Shown here: positions 52,154 through 61,295 of the stretch, piece after piece
Position numbering within the stretch: position 1 is the stretch's first letter
Layout: every line of letters begins with the position of its first letter
Assembly (NCBI GenBank): GCA_035283685.1
Contig: DATETJ010000009.1
Coordinates: 332,925 to 396,924 of the forward strand
Source of the DNA: Candidatus Bathyarchaeia archaeon
GTDB taxonomy: Archaea; Thermoproteota; Bathyarchaeia; Bathyarchaeales; Bathyarchaeaceae
DNA: 64,000 bases
Direction: 5' to 3'
Program-made: the position numbers and the translations under genes
Notes under the pieces: model-generated
Told to the model about the DNA's origin: nothing
Databases searched by the model: none
The model's input: the letters and a program-made list of their open reading frames with translations, nothing else

Positions 52154-52714
52154 TTAATGACCAAGGAGTTTTGTTATAACTTTGGCTCCCCTTCCCACTG
52201 AACTCCTGTTTTGATGTTCAACGTGATCCATGGCTATAGCATATCCAATAACCAGAAGCGGATTGAAGTCTTGTTTAACGATTTCTATGCAGTATTCGTC
52301 TCGGATTGTTACCCAGTTAAGGTGAACCTTTGCGATCACTGTTTTATCTGGCGCGACGACGTCATACGTGTGATGGACGATGTTGCCGTTTATTCTTGCT
52401 AATTCGTTTCCGTCTGGGTCTTCCATCCACCATTCGCTTCCGAAAAGCTTTAGAATTTTCTTCTTGACCCTCGCTCTAACTTGCCCAGTGTTGTCTTTTA
52501 TCTCGTACTCGTGATGCACAGTGACTACTTTTCCGTCAATTTCACCTAAACGAAAGCCAGCGTTGTCTTCGAGCCAGAATTTTGGTCCAAAACTAACAAA
52601 CTCCTGTTTTATGAAGCCTAACTGCTGACCAAACTTGTCCTTAACTACATAAGTGTTCCTTACCGACAGCAGTCTTTGGTCAACAATGAGTTCCCTGTTT
52701 TCTAACATCGACAA
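52154..52714 (-). CDS. LURP-one-related / Tubby-C-terminal-like (DUF567) protein
   Basis: 186-aa ORF with repeated beta-hairpin pattern F.v.D..G..lg.i......fg..f.l.d..G (YVVKDKFGQQLGFIKQEF..., YEIKDNTGQVRARVKKK..., YDVVAPDKTVIAKVH...). Confidence 0.7.
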   Translation of the reverse strand: MSMLENRELIVDQRLLSVRNTYVVKDKFGQQLGFIKQEFVSFGPKFWLEDNAGFRLGEIDGKVVTVHHEYEIKDNTGQVRARVKKKILKLFGSEWWMEDPDGNELARINGNIVHHTYDVVAPDKTVIAKVHLNWVTIRDEYCIEIVKQDFNPLLVIGYAIAMDHVEHQNRSSVGRGAKVITKLLGH

Positions 52715-53017
52715 CTCTAAACACCTTAAGAGTTCCTCAAGGTGAACAAACTATCTATCTCTTGCTAACTCCAAATAATGATTCGAAGCTAATCGTTTGC
52801 TCCAGAAGAACTTCGAATCTACATGTCAGACGTTGCGTTGCCGCAATATGCTTAGGTTTAACCACGGACCCAACAAAGTCAGCCTTTCTAAATCACTGTC
52901 AGCAAGATTCTCGACGTGTTCTATTTTGAGCGTAAGATTGCAGAGGGAATTGAGACTGTAATCCATAAAAGAGAGAAGATGAGACTATCACATTCTTGAA
53001 CACTGAGGACGATCCAC

Positions 53018-54223
53018 ATGCATTTGACTAGAGAAGAGGAACGAATCCTCAAAGGTGAGTCTGGAGAAGGAACACGAAAAGCCATGGAGCTACTTGTGGC
53101 AATTGGAGATGCTTACGATGCTCCAAGACTGATCGAAGTAAGTCGAGCGCACGCCGCATCAAGCGGTCAAGAAGGTGATCTTTACTTTGTTGAACTCTTG
53201 GCTAAAGGAGGCGCCACATGTAAGGTTCCCACTAGCACAAACCCAGTCTATGACATGGAATGTTTCGATAAAATGTTCAGAATTCCGAAGGAAGATTCTG
53301 ATGTGGCTCGCAGAGTGATGAAGGGCTACAAGCAGATCGGCGCCATTTTGAGTTGGTGCTGCACACCGTACATAACAGAGAACATTCCAATGTATGGTGA
53401 AAATGTCTCGTTTTCCGAATCCAGCGCTACGCCATTCGTAAACACGGTGATTGGCGCAAGAACGAATCGGGAGGCGGCTCAAAGCGCGTTAGCGGCGGGA
53501 GTAGTTGGCAAAACTCCTGAGTACGGATTGTACTTCGAGGAGAATCGAAGGGGTACAGCAGTAGTCAAAGTGAACGCCACTCTTCGTGACGAGTTTGATT
53601 ACTCGCTTCTGGGTCAGTATGTTGGCAAGCAGATCGGCTATGGAATCCCTGTATTCACGGGTATATCGCGCCGTCCTTCAACTGAGGAAATGATAAACCT
53701 ATGCGCCATGCTGAACACGTCAGGCGCCATACCCATGTTTCACATACCCGGAATAACAGTTGAGGCTCCAACCCTCAAGGAAGCCTTTGGAGGCAATACC
53801 CCAAAACAGGAAATCACTGTGACTGGGCGTGAACTCAAGGAAACTCAAGAGGATCTTCAGACGGCAAGCGGCAAGGTCGACATCGTCCAGCTTGGGTGCC
53901 CGCATTACACGCTTAAGCAGGTAGTGGATGTTGCACGTTTGCTTCAGGGAAAGAGGATCCATCGCGGCGTATCGTTTTGGATTTGCACATCGGCAACCGC
54001 TTTGTTTCTAGCTGAAAGAATGGGGTATGTTGATGCAATAGAGAAAGCCGCGGGATACGTCGTAGCAGACACATGCATAGATATGGTTTGCTGGAACGGG
54101 TTCAAAGACAAGGTTGGCATGACCGACTCGCCCAAATGCGCCTACTACAGAAGATTCAAAGATGTAATAGTTGCAAGGCTGCCAGATTGCGTCAAAGCTG
54201 CAGTTGAAGGTGAATGGCATTGA
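53018..54223 (+). CDS. Aconitase X catalytic subunit (DUF521); probable phosphomevalonate dehydratase large subunit
   Basis: 401-aa ORF beginning MHLTREEERILKGESGEGTRKAMELLVAIGDAYDAPRLIEVSRAHA, a typical AcnX N-terminus. Conserved Cys residues include CTPY and LGCPH. Confidence 0.85.
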   Translation: MHLTREEERILKGESGEGTRKAMELLVAIGDAYDAPRLIEVSRAHAASSGQEGDLYFVELLAKGGATCKVPTSTNPVYDMECFDKMFRIPKEDSDVARRVMKGYKQIGAILSWCCTPYITENIPMYGENVSFSESSATPFVNTVIGARTNREAAQSALAAGVVGKTPEYGLYFEENRRGTAVVKVNATLRDEFDYSLLGQYVGKQIGYGIPVFTGISRRPSTEEMINLCAMLNTSGAIPMFHIPGITVEAPTLKEAFGGNTPKQEITVTGRELKETQEDLQTASGKVDIVQLGCPHYTLKQVVDVARLLQGKRIHRGVSFWICTSATALFLAERMGYVDAIEKAAGYVVADTCIDMVCWNGFKDKVGMTDSPKCAYYRRFKDVIVARLPDCVKAAVEGEWH

Positions 54224-54642
54224 AGAAACCAGAAATCGTTCTTAAATGCCATAAGATAATGGGTGGCTACGGAGAGGGCGAAGCGTTAGTATCCAAGGAG
54301 CCTGTGTGCTTCTATCTCACTGATCCAAAGACTGGCAAGGTGCGAGAAAGAGGACATGAGCTTGAAGGAAAGAACATTGCCAGGAAGGTGCTTGTTTTCT
54401 CTTCGGGGAAAGCCAGCTCAGTAGTTCAGATTGATGGTCTCTTCAAGCTGGCGTCAAACAATGTCGCGCCCAAGGCAATGATTGTGAGAGACATCGAGAC
54501 AGTGCTGATTGTTAGCGCGTTTATCGCGAACGTGCCCCTAGTAGACAGACTCGAGAAAGATCCGTTTGGGGTCATTGACACGGGCGATTTTGTTAAGGTG
54601 GATGCGAATAAAGGAATCGTAACCGTGATAAAGAAGGCTTAG
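54214..54642 (+). CDS. Aconitase X swivel-domain subunit (DUF126); probable phosphomevalonate dehydratase small subunit
   Basis: 142-aa ORF overlapping the large-subunit gene by 10 nt. It carries GEALVSKEPVCFY...VLVFSSGKASSV. Confidence 0.85.
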   Translation: MALKKPEIVLKCHKIMGGYGEGEALVSKEPVCFYLTDPKTGKVRERGHELEGKNIARKVLVFSSGKASSVVQIDGLFKLASNNVAPKAMIVRDIETVLIVSAFIANVPLVDRLEKDPFGVIDTGDFVKVDANKGIVTVIKKA

Positions 54643-54668
54643 CGTATCGCTGCCTGTATGAGGGAATT

Positions 54669-55601
54669 GTGTTGCATATTGCCCTGATAGGTATCGGCCG
54701 AGTTGGTCAGGCGACGGCCTTTGCTTTGGCACACGAGCAATACATAAACGAGTTAACATTGGTTGATGTTGCTCCAAGACTCGCTTGGGCCGTTGCAGAA
54801 GAAATGCGCCATGCAAGCGCAGGTATGCATGCATCATTAGATGTCAACGCGTTTGAAAAAGTTGAAGATATCTCTAACGCGGATATCATAATTGTCACTG
54901 CAGGCAAACCCGCGGCGCCGAGAGCGGGTAGAAGAGGCCTAGTGGAGGCAAACGCGAAAACTATCAAAAATCTAGCTGAAACTGTGGCGGCTCGAAACCC
55001 AAGTGCGAGATACCTTATTGTGACAAATCCCGTGGACGCAATGGCTACTTTATTCAAGGAAGCAAGTGAAGCAAACTACGTCATTGGCAGTGGGTGCCAC
55101 CTTGATAGTCTTAGATTGAGAGCTGAAGTGGCTAAACAGGTCAAGGTGCCCATACGCTACGTTGAAGGATATGTAGGGGGAGAGCACGGTCATAACGATG
55201 TCTACTTGTGGTCAACCGTCAAAATAAACGGGGAACCTTTTGACGAACACTTGAAAAGAAGAAAACTGAAAATCAGGAAGAATCGTATCATTGCTCTTGT
55301 CCATGACAACACTGAAGACATATTGGCGGTGCTCGGCGGCACCACGTTCGGTCCTGCCACAGCCTTTCGAGAGATAGTGCGAGCAATGGCTTTGAACACT
55401 CACAGTTTGATTTCGGTAGCAGCGCCTTACAAAACTGTGGATATACCTGAGCCAGTGTATATTAGCGTTCCTTCGAAACTTGGAATGAGCATCGGACCTA
55501 CAATTGAGCAAGCACTTACTCTTGCAGAAAGAAAAGGGTTAAAGGGCGCTGCTAAAGCAGTTCACGACTTGTATCGAGTTGCCCGTGAAGTCGCAGCGTG
55601 A
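54669..55601 (+). CDS. L-lactate/malate dehydrogenase family oxidoreductase
   Basis: 310-aa ORF with IALIGIGRVGQATAFALA, IVTAGKP, VTNPVD and GGEHG (catalytic His). The substrate loop (KPAAPRAGRRG) is atypical. Confidence 0.85.
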   Translation: MLHIALIGIGRVGQATAFALAHEQYINELTLVDVAPRLAWAVAEEMRHASAGMHASLDVNAFEKVEDISNADIIIVTAGKPAAPRAGRRGLVEANAKTIKNLAETVAARNPSARYLIVTNPVDAMATLFKEASEANYVIGSGCHLDSLRLRAEVAKQVKVPIRYVEGYVGGEHGHNDVYLWSTVKINGEPFDEHLKRRKLKIRKNRIIALVHDNTEDILAVLGGTTFGPATAFREIVRAMALNTHSLISVAAPYKTVDIPEPVYISVPSKLGMSIGPTIEQALTLAERKGLKGAAKAVHDLYRVAREVAA

Positions 55602-55614
55602 AGAGTGGTTGAAC

Positions 55615-56532
55615 TTAGTCTTTCGACTTAGCTAGCCCAGCGTTGAATAGACTGTGCAGAGAGATCTTTCCCTTTCCGAGAGTTCCGCCGTAGTTTGTTG
55701 CAGTAATCTTTGACACTCCGTTCACGCTTACTGCATTCTCAATTCCGATCTTCATTGCGCGCTCCACGTCTTCCAGCCTAAGCCCGCTGACAATGACTTC
55801 ATAGACACATTTCACGCCTATGGGAATCTTGTTTCCTCGATGCCCAACAAGTGAGGGGCAGTAGGCATCATTAGTTGTAGCTATGGCGTCCTTGTACCTT
55901 TTGCCTCCCACTTTAGTTCCGGAAGCAGCGAACTTTCCAACCACGTATGGGACAGTCTTTATGCCTTCAAGTGCCAGTTCAGCGGCTTCGAGTGCTGATT
56001 CATCTGATTTCGCCAGAATTAGGAACATGCCGCCGGCTACGCCTTTCGCAATTCCGAACGTTCTTTCAACGTAGAACTCGCCGTCCATTCTAGGTATCTT
56101 GTAGACACGTCTCCCAAAGGCTTCAGTTTCCTTTTCGTATCCGTCTCCGAAAGTCTGTATCATTGTACCCTTAATGTCCACAAAATCGTCCGCCATTTTT
56201 CTTGGTAAGGCGTCAAACACGTTGGTCTTAGGGTATGGCATCACTCCTTTTCTTATTCGGATTATAAGCCATTCTCGCAATGATTCCATTTTTCGGTCAA
56301 GAAGCTGTATGATGAAACCCGGTCTTGAGTCAGGCGTCAACTGAGGCTTAGCTTCTGCCTCTAGAGAGGCTTCGCACGGGGGAATCGCAGCTGACCTGCC
56401 GAGTCCTTTAGTCTCCATTGCTGATTCTAAAGCCCATTTTCTGTTCACTGAAGTTATCAGTATCCTTGCAATGCGTACGTTGAAAGTTTCACAGAAAGTG
56501 TCTTCGATTGGAACACCGTGAACCTTGAACAC
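55615..56532 (-). CDS. ftr: Formylmethanofuran--tetrahydromethanopterin N-formyltransferase
   Basis: 305-aa ORF with GVPIEDTFCETFNVRIARILIT, GVAGGMFLILA, TNDAYCPSL, VKCVYEVIVSGL and ISLHSLF, which match remembered Ftr sequences along the full length. Confidence 0.9.
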   Translation of the reverse strand: MFKVHGVPIEDTFCETFNVRIARILITSVNRKWALESAMETKGLGRSAAIPPCEASLEAEAKPQLTPDSRPGFIIQLLDRKMESLREWLIIRIRKGVMPYPKTNVFDALPRKMADDFVDIKGTMIQTFGDGYEKETEAFGRRVYKIPRMDGEFYVERTFGIAKGVAGGMFLILAKSDESALEAAELALEGIKTVPYVVGKFAASGTKVGGKRYKDAIATTNDAYCPSLVGHRGNKIPIGVKCVYEVIVSGLRLEDVERAMKIGIENAVSVNGVSKITATNYGGTLGKGKISLHSLFNAGLAKSKD

Positions 56533-56712
56533 TATTTGGGGATCTCCGTTACTTTGGGAGTTCTGATTCTTTCATCATATAAGTTTGATGTCGCAAGCTA
56601 TTCAACTCGTTGGATGGAACAGGTGGTAGCCAAGAGAACCGTTTGAGATAGGGCAAGAACTTCGAAAATCATATAATAGAATAGAACGATTTGCCATGAG
56701 AGGACCGAAAAC

Positions 56713-58035
56713 ATGTCGGAAGCCATGAAGAAGATTCAGCAAGAAAACGTGAAGGAGATTGCACTGCAGTTTACAGACATTAATGGAGTTCTGCATTCTC
56801 TGTGGGTGCCCTCCAAGCTTTTCCAAAAGATATCCACGGAAGGCATTCACATGGACGGCTCATCTGTAGGAATGGTGGACATAAGCAGAAGCGATCTAAA
56901 GTTAAAGCCTGTCCTAGACACGTTTACGATACTTCCTCAGGGCATTTTCCCGCAAAAAGTCGCAAGAGTAGTCTGTGACATATATGAGCCAGATTCGGAA
57001 ACACCGTTTCAGCTTGATCCAAGGTCTGTCCTCCAGAAAGTGATAAACGACGCCAGAAAACTGCTTGGGGCCTCTGTGAACTATTATGCGTCCAGCGAAA
57101 TTGAATATTTCTTGCTGAGGAGAGATGACGATGGCTGCTTGCACCTGATTGATGAGGGTGGTTACTTGGCAACTCCTCCTGCAGACCTCGGAGTTGACAC
57201 AAGACTTGAAATCGTAGAGAACTGCAGAAACATGGGTATTCTAGTCGAAAAGCACCACCACGAAGTGCCGCCTGGAAAATCCGAGCTGAATCTCGAGTAC
57301 TCCAACGCGCTGAAGATGGCAGACACCATTTATTTGGTGAAGTCGATCGTTAAACTAACAGCCGCCAAGCGAGGCTTAATTGCTTCCTTCATGCCAAAGC
57401 CATTTCACGGTCAGTACGGATGTGGACTACACACTCACATCAGCCTCATAGACGACGCGAAAACTCGAAACGTATTCTATGACTCAAAGGGAAGTCATCT
57501 TCTGAGCAAAACAGGCTTGCACTTCATTGCAGGCATTCTGAAACATGCAAAAGCCCTAGCCGCTCTAACCAACCCCACAGTCAACTCTTATAAAAGACTG
57601 GTGCCTGGCTGGGAAGCCCCGGTTTACATATCGTGGGCTAGATATAATCGGTCTGTGCTTGTCAGGGTTCCTCCTGGAAAAGACTTGAGGACTAGGCTGG
57701 AGTACAGGCCAACAGACGGATCATGCAACTTCTACCTCGCATACGCAGGCTTACTTGCCGCTGGGTTGGACGGTGTAAAGAGAAAAATTGAGCCGCCAGA
57801 GCCAGTGGATGAGGACATATATGAAATGAGCGCAGACACAAGACGGAAAAGAGGCATAGAGACTCTTCCAGAAAACTTAGGAGAAGCTCTTAACGAAATG
57901 TCTAAAGACGAATACCTCCAGCAGTGTCTAGGCCGCCCATTCTGCAAGAAATTCATGGAACTCAAAACCGCTGAGTGGAGAGACTTTAACGTCACTGTGC
58001 ACGAGTGGGAACGAAGAAAATACCTGGACGTTTAG
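56713..58035 (+). CDS. glnA: Glutamine synthetase type I family
   Basis: 440-aa ORF with FTDINGVLHSLWVP, HHEVPPGKSELN, GCGLHTHISL, NSYKRLVPGWEAP and NRSVLVRVP. Confidence 0.9.
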   Translation: MSEAMKKIQQENVKEIALQFTDINGVLHSLWVPSKLFQKISTEGIHMDGSSVGMVDISRSDLKLKPVLDTFTILPQGIFPQKVARVVCDIYEPDSETPFQLDPRSVLQKVINDARKLLGASVNYYASSEIEYFLLRRDDDGCLHLIDEGGYLATPPADLGVDTRLEIVENCRNMGILVEKHHHEVPPGKSELNLEYSNALKMADTIYLVKSIVKLTAAKRGLIASFMPKPFHGQYGCGLHTHISLIDDAKTRNVFYDSKGSHLLSKTGLHFIAGILKHAKALAALTNPTVNSYKRLVPGWEAPVYISWARYNRSVLVRVPPGKDLRTRLEYRPTDGSCNFYLAYAGLLAAGLDGVKRKIEPPEPVDEDIYEMSADTRRKRGIETLPENLGEALNEMSKDEYLQQCLGRPFCKKFMELKTAEWRDFNVTVHEWERRKYLDV

Positions 58036-58058
58036 TTTGCAGGGAAAAGTGGTAAATT

Positions 58059-59330
58059 ATGGGTATAGAAGCTGACTTCGCCATCACCAATGCTAATGAG
58101 CTTGTCACTTTAAAGGGGTCGAACAACAGACCTAGAATCAAAGAGGAAATGCAGGATCTTGGAATCATCCAAGATGGAGCCGTTGCAGTCAAGGGCGTAA
58201 AAATAGTGGCAGTTGGACGCACAAAGGAAGTGCTAAGGCGCCTAGACAAAGGTTTTGAAGTCACAGATGCAACGGGTAAGCTAGTGACTCCCGGGCTTAT
58301 CGATTCTCATGTTCACTTGGTTTTTGCTGGTTCAAGGGAAGAAGAACTCGAGTTGATGGCAGTGAAGGGCGTTCCATACTTAGAGATTAAAGCCAAAGGC
58401 GGAGGCATGCCTACAACTCTCAAGAAAACCGGTGAGACATCAACGGGAGAACTTCTTGAACGAACCACGAAGATACTTGATACCATGCTTATCCATGGCA
58501 CGACAACGATTGAGGCGAAAAGCGGTTATGAAATGACGTTTCAGGGTGAAATCAGGCAACTTGAAATAATAAAGACGCTGAACCAGTCGCATCCGATTGA
58601 GTTAGTTCCGACTTTTATGGCTCAAGGAATTCCCTTCGAATACGAGAACAGAGTGGATGAGCTTACAGATGAAATCGTTGAGAAATGGATTCCAGAGGTT
58701 GCCAAGCGAAAGCTGGCTGAATACTGTGACGTGTTTTGTGAAAAAGGATACTTCAATGTGGCACAGTCTCGTAGGATTCTTGAAACAGGAAAAAAATATG
58801 GGATGAAGTTGAGGATACACGCTGATTGGCTTGCCCACAGTGGAGGAGCGAAGTTAGGCGCGGAGTTAGGCGTGGTCTCGGCTGATCACCTGATCTTCAC
58901 GCCAAAGGAAGAGATTCAAGCCTTGATAAAGAGAGGCACAATTGGGACGTTCTTGCCAACCACGCCGTTCTGCTATCTCGGTACTTATGCGAAAGCCCGG
59001 GAAATCATCGGCAGCGGATTGCCTATTGCATTAGCAACCGACTTGAGCGCTGCAGACATGTGCGAATCCATGCAGATGATGATGACGATCGCAGTTCTTC
59101 AAATGAAGATGACGTCGGCGGAAGCTCTCGTAGCTTCAACATTTAATGCAGCTCATGCTATTGAGAGAGCTCATAGAATAGGAAGCCTTGAAATTGGCAA
59201 GCAGGCGGACATCGTGATTTTCGATGCGCCAAACCATGGATACTTTCCTTATCACTATGGCATAAATCTGGCAGATAGAGTCTTCAAGAATGGAAACTTG
59301 GTTGCCGAAAGAGGAAGAAGAACAAGATAA
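58059..59330 (+). CDS. hutI: Imidazolonepropionase (amidohydrolase superfamily)
   Basis: 423-aa ORF with GLIDSHVHLVFAGSREEE, TTIEAKSGYEM, LRIHADWLAHSGGAKLGAELGVVSADHL, LATDLS and FPYHYGIN, which parallel HutI along the full length. Confidence 0.8.
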   Translation: MGIEADFAITNANELVTLKGSNNRPRIKEEMQDLGIIQDGAVAVKGVKIVAVGRTKEVLRRLDKGFEVTDATGKLVTPGLIDSHVHLVFAGSREEELELMAVKGVPYLEIKAKGGGMPTTLKKTGETSTGELLERTTKILDTMLIHGTTTIEAKSGYEMTFQGEIRQLEIIKTLNQSHPIELVPTFMAQGIPFEYENRVDELTDEIVEKWIPEVAKRKLAEYCDVFCEKGYFNVAQSRRILETGKKYGMKLRIHADWLAHSGGAKLGAELGVVSADHLIFTPKEEIQALIKRGTIGTFLPTTPFCYLGTYAKAREIIGSGLPIALATDLSAADMCESMQMMMTIAVLQMKMTSAEALVASTFNAAHAIERAHRIGSLEIGKQADIVIFDAPNHGYFPYHYGINLADRVFKNGNLVAERGRRTR

Positions 59331-59533
59331 GCAAAGCACAATGCCCTCATGCAGCCAAGCCTCACGTTTGCTCAGGTCACGTCTACCATGGCAATAAGAT
59401 GACACAAGTTAAAGACTCGTTCATGTTAGCTATGTTCCCTATAGAATAAACTTTCATAGCACTTATATTGCGAACTCCACAAACTAGGATGCAGCGAATT
59501 TAACTAAAAGTATGGGAGAAAGGAGAAAAAAGC

Positions 59534-61237
59534 ATGAATACTAGTCATTCAGCTAAACCATACGCTCGCTCTTTTAGCATAATCCTGCTTGTTCTATTGC
59601 TTTCTTTGTCAAGCTTTACATTTTTGGCTCCAGCCTCAGTCTTAGCAACAGAACCAGTGACAGGAGCAATCTGGACAACGGATCCCTTTGGAGAACGCGT
59701 TAACGGGAACCTCTACACAAACCCAAGAAACGTTTACCTATCTGGCGGACCACACAAGAGGGGAGCTGCGGGGCTTCCAGACGGCGTCTACTATTTTCAA
59801 GTTACTGATCCTGCAGGCAAGACACTTCTGAGCACAGATGCAATTTCCAAGAGAAAGTTCGAAGTTAGGTATGGATACATCTACGGCATCGACGGTGGAA
59901 CACATAACTACAATCCAGACCGGACACGTGGCTACGGCATTGTAGTTCAGCTGTGGCCATTCACATATACGCCTAACAGAGGAGGCGTATACAAAGTCTG
60001 GGTGACCAACGTTGATTCTTACACACCAGATCAAGGAACCTTCGGCTTCATTCACTCATTGTCTAAGACCGACAACTTCAAAGTGAAGCTTGATGAGGTT
60101 CCAAAATACTTTGAGCTTTGGATGACTGCAGCGATAGGTGCACCTCCAACTGTGGAATTCTACGTCAACTACACACGTGACGGTGACGGAAATGCAAGCA
60201 CGTTTGATCCAGTTCTACCGTGGATCACAGGACGACTGGTCTACCATCGAACCGAGAATGGATATGATGTCTTCCGCTACGAAACAACGTTCGCCCTATA
60301 CACCTACATCTATTGGAGATTCTCTATTCTGAATACATTCACATGGGAATCAAGCATCAATGGACCAGAACTTATCAATCAAGCAGGGATGGTGAACAAA
60401 GAAACTCTCTTCATAGTTAATGGTCACAAATACAACTATCTGGACAGTTCAGGGCTGGAAGGCTGGACCATAGAGCTTTACCGAGACAACGCGAAAATTG
60501 CTGAAACTCAAACCGATGCAAACGGTTACTACGAGTTCATCGTGATGGGCACGGGCAACCTAAGAGTCTCCGAGGTTAACAAAACCGACGAAGGTTGGGC
60601 GCCGCACGGTCCCACTTACTATGAGTTTACTGCGGAGAACGGTGATTGGACCTTTGACTTTTACAACTACAAAATGCTTCGAATAACCGACACCAGCGAC
60701 TACAGACACGAATTGTCATCGGTCCATGGTGTGTTCACGCCTTCTAACGACGGTTCAGGACTGTACAAGTTGTCGTCAACCAATCCGGGTTCCTTCTACT
60801 ACAATGTGGTTAAGTTTGGAGAAGGAGGCAAAAATGTCAGAATAGAGGTTGGACTACCCGCCGATCAAGAGAATGCACAGTTCGATTCACCTAACTTCAT
60901 ACTGCACCATACAGACATAGGCAGTTCACCAGTAGTCGATATACACGTCTACGCTGCACGCCAACTTAGTCTTGGCGAATGGGTCCCAGAATGGTCAAGC
61001 GACATAACCAACCTATTCAGCATAAATCCAACTCCTGACGGAAAACACGTCGCGATTGAGGGAATCATGCCAGATACCGGGGAAGTCTTTGCAACTGTGC
61101 ACATCGATTTTCAGATAAGCTCTTCTCTGACATGGGAACAGGTTCAGATGTGCAACGATTTCGAATACACCTTTAGCGCCACAGTGTACTTCTCCATTAT
61201 TGGGGTAACAAAGAAAGTTAACTTAGACAGTTCTTAG
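59534..61237 (+). CDS. Secreted hypothetical protein with prealbumin-like (SdrD-B/Cna-B-like) module
   Basis: 567-aa ORF with a signal peptide (SFSIILLVLLLSLSSFTFLAPASVLA). GLEGWTIELYRDNAKIAETQTDANGYYEF is a Cna-B/SdrD-like strand pattern. Confidence 0.8.
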   Translation: MNTSHSAKPYARSFSIILLVLLLSLSSFTFLAPASVLATEPVTGAIWTTDPFGERVNGNLYTNPRNVYLSGGPHKRGAAGLPDGVYYFQVTDPAGKTLLSTDAISKRKFEVRYGYIYGIDGGTHNYNPDRTRGYGIVVQLWPFTYTPNRGGVYKVWVTNVDSYTPDQGTFGFIHSLSKTDNFKVKLDEVPKYFELWMTAAIGAPPTVEFYVNYTRDGDGNASTFDPVLPWITGRLVYHRTENGYDVFRYETTFALYTYIYWRFSILNTFTWESSINGPELINQAGMVNKETLFIVNGHKYNYLDSSGLEGWTIELYRDNAKIAETQTDANGYYEFIVMGTGNLRVSEVNKTDEGWAPHGPTYYEFTAENGDWTFDFYNYKMLRITDTSDYRHELSSVHGVFTPSNDGSGLYKLSSTNPGSFYYNVVKFGEGGKNVRIEVGLPADQENAQFDSPNFILHHTDIGSSPVVDIHVYAARQLSLGEWVPEWSSDITNLFSINPTPDGKHVAIEGIMPDTGEVFATVHIDFQISSSLTWEQVQMCNDFEYTFSATVYFSIIGVTKKVNLDSS

Positions 61238-61295
61238 GGAATTCCTTTCAACTTTCACTTTTTTTCGGTTTCTCTCTAGAAGGAGGGAAAGCTTC

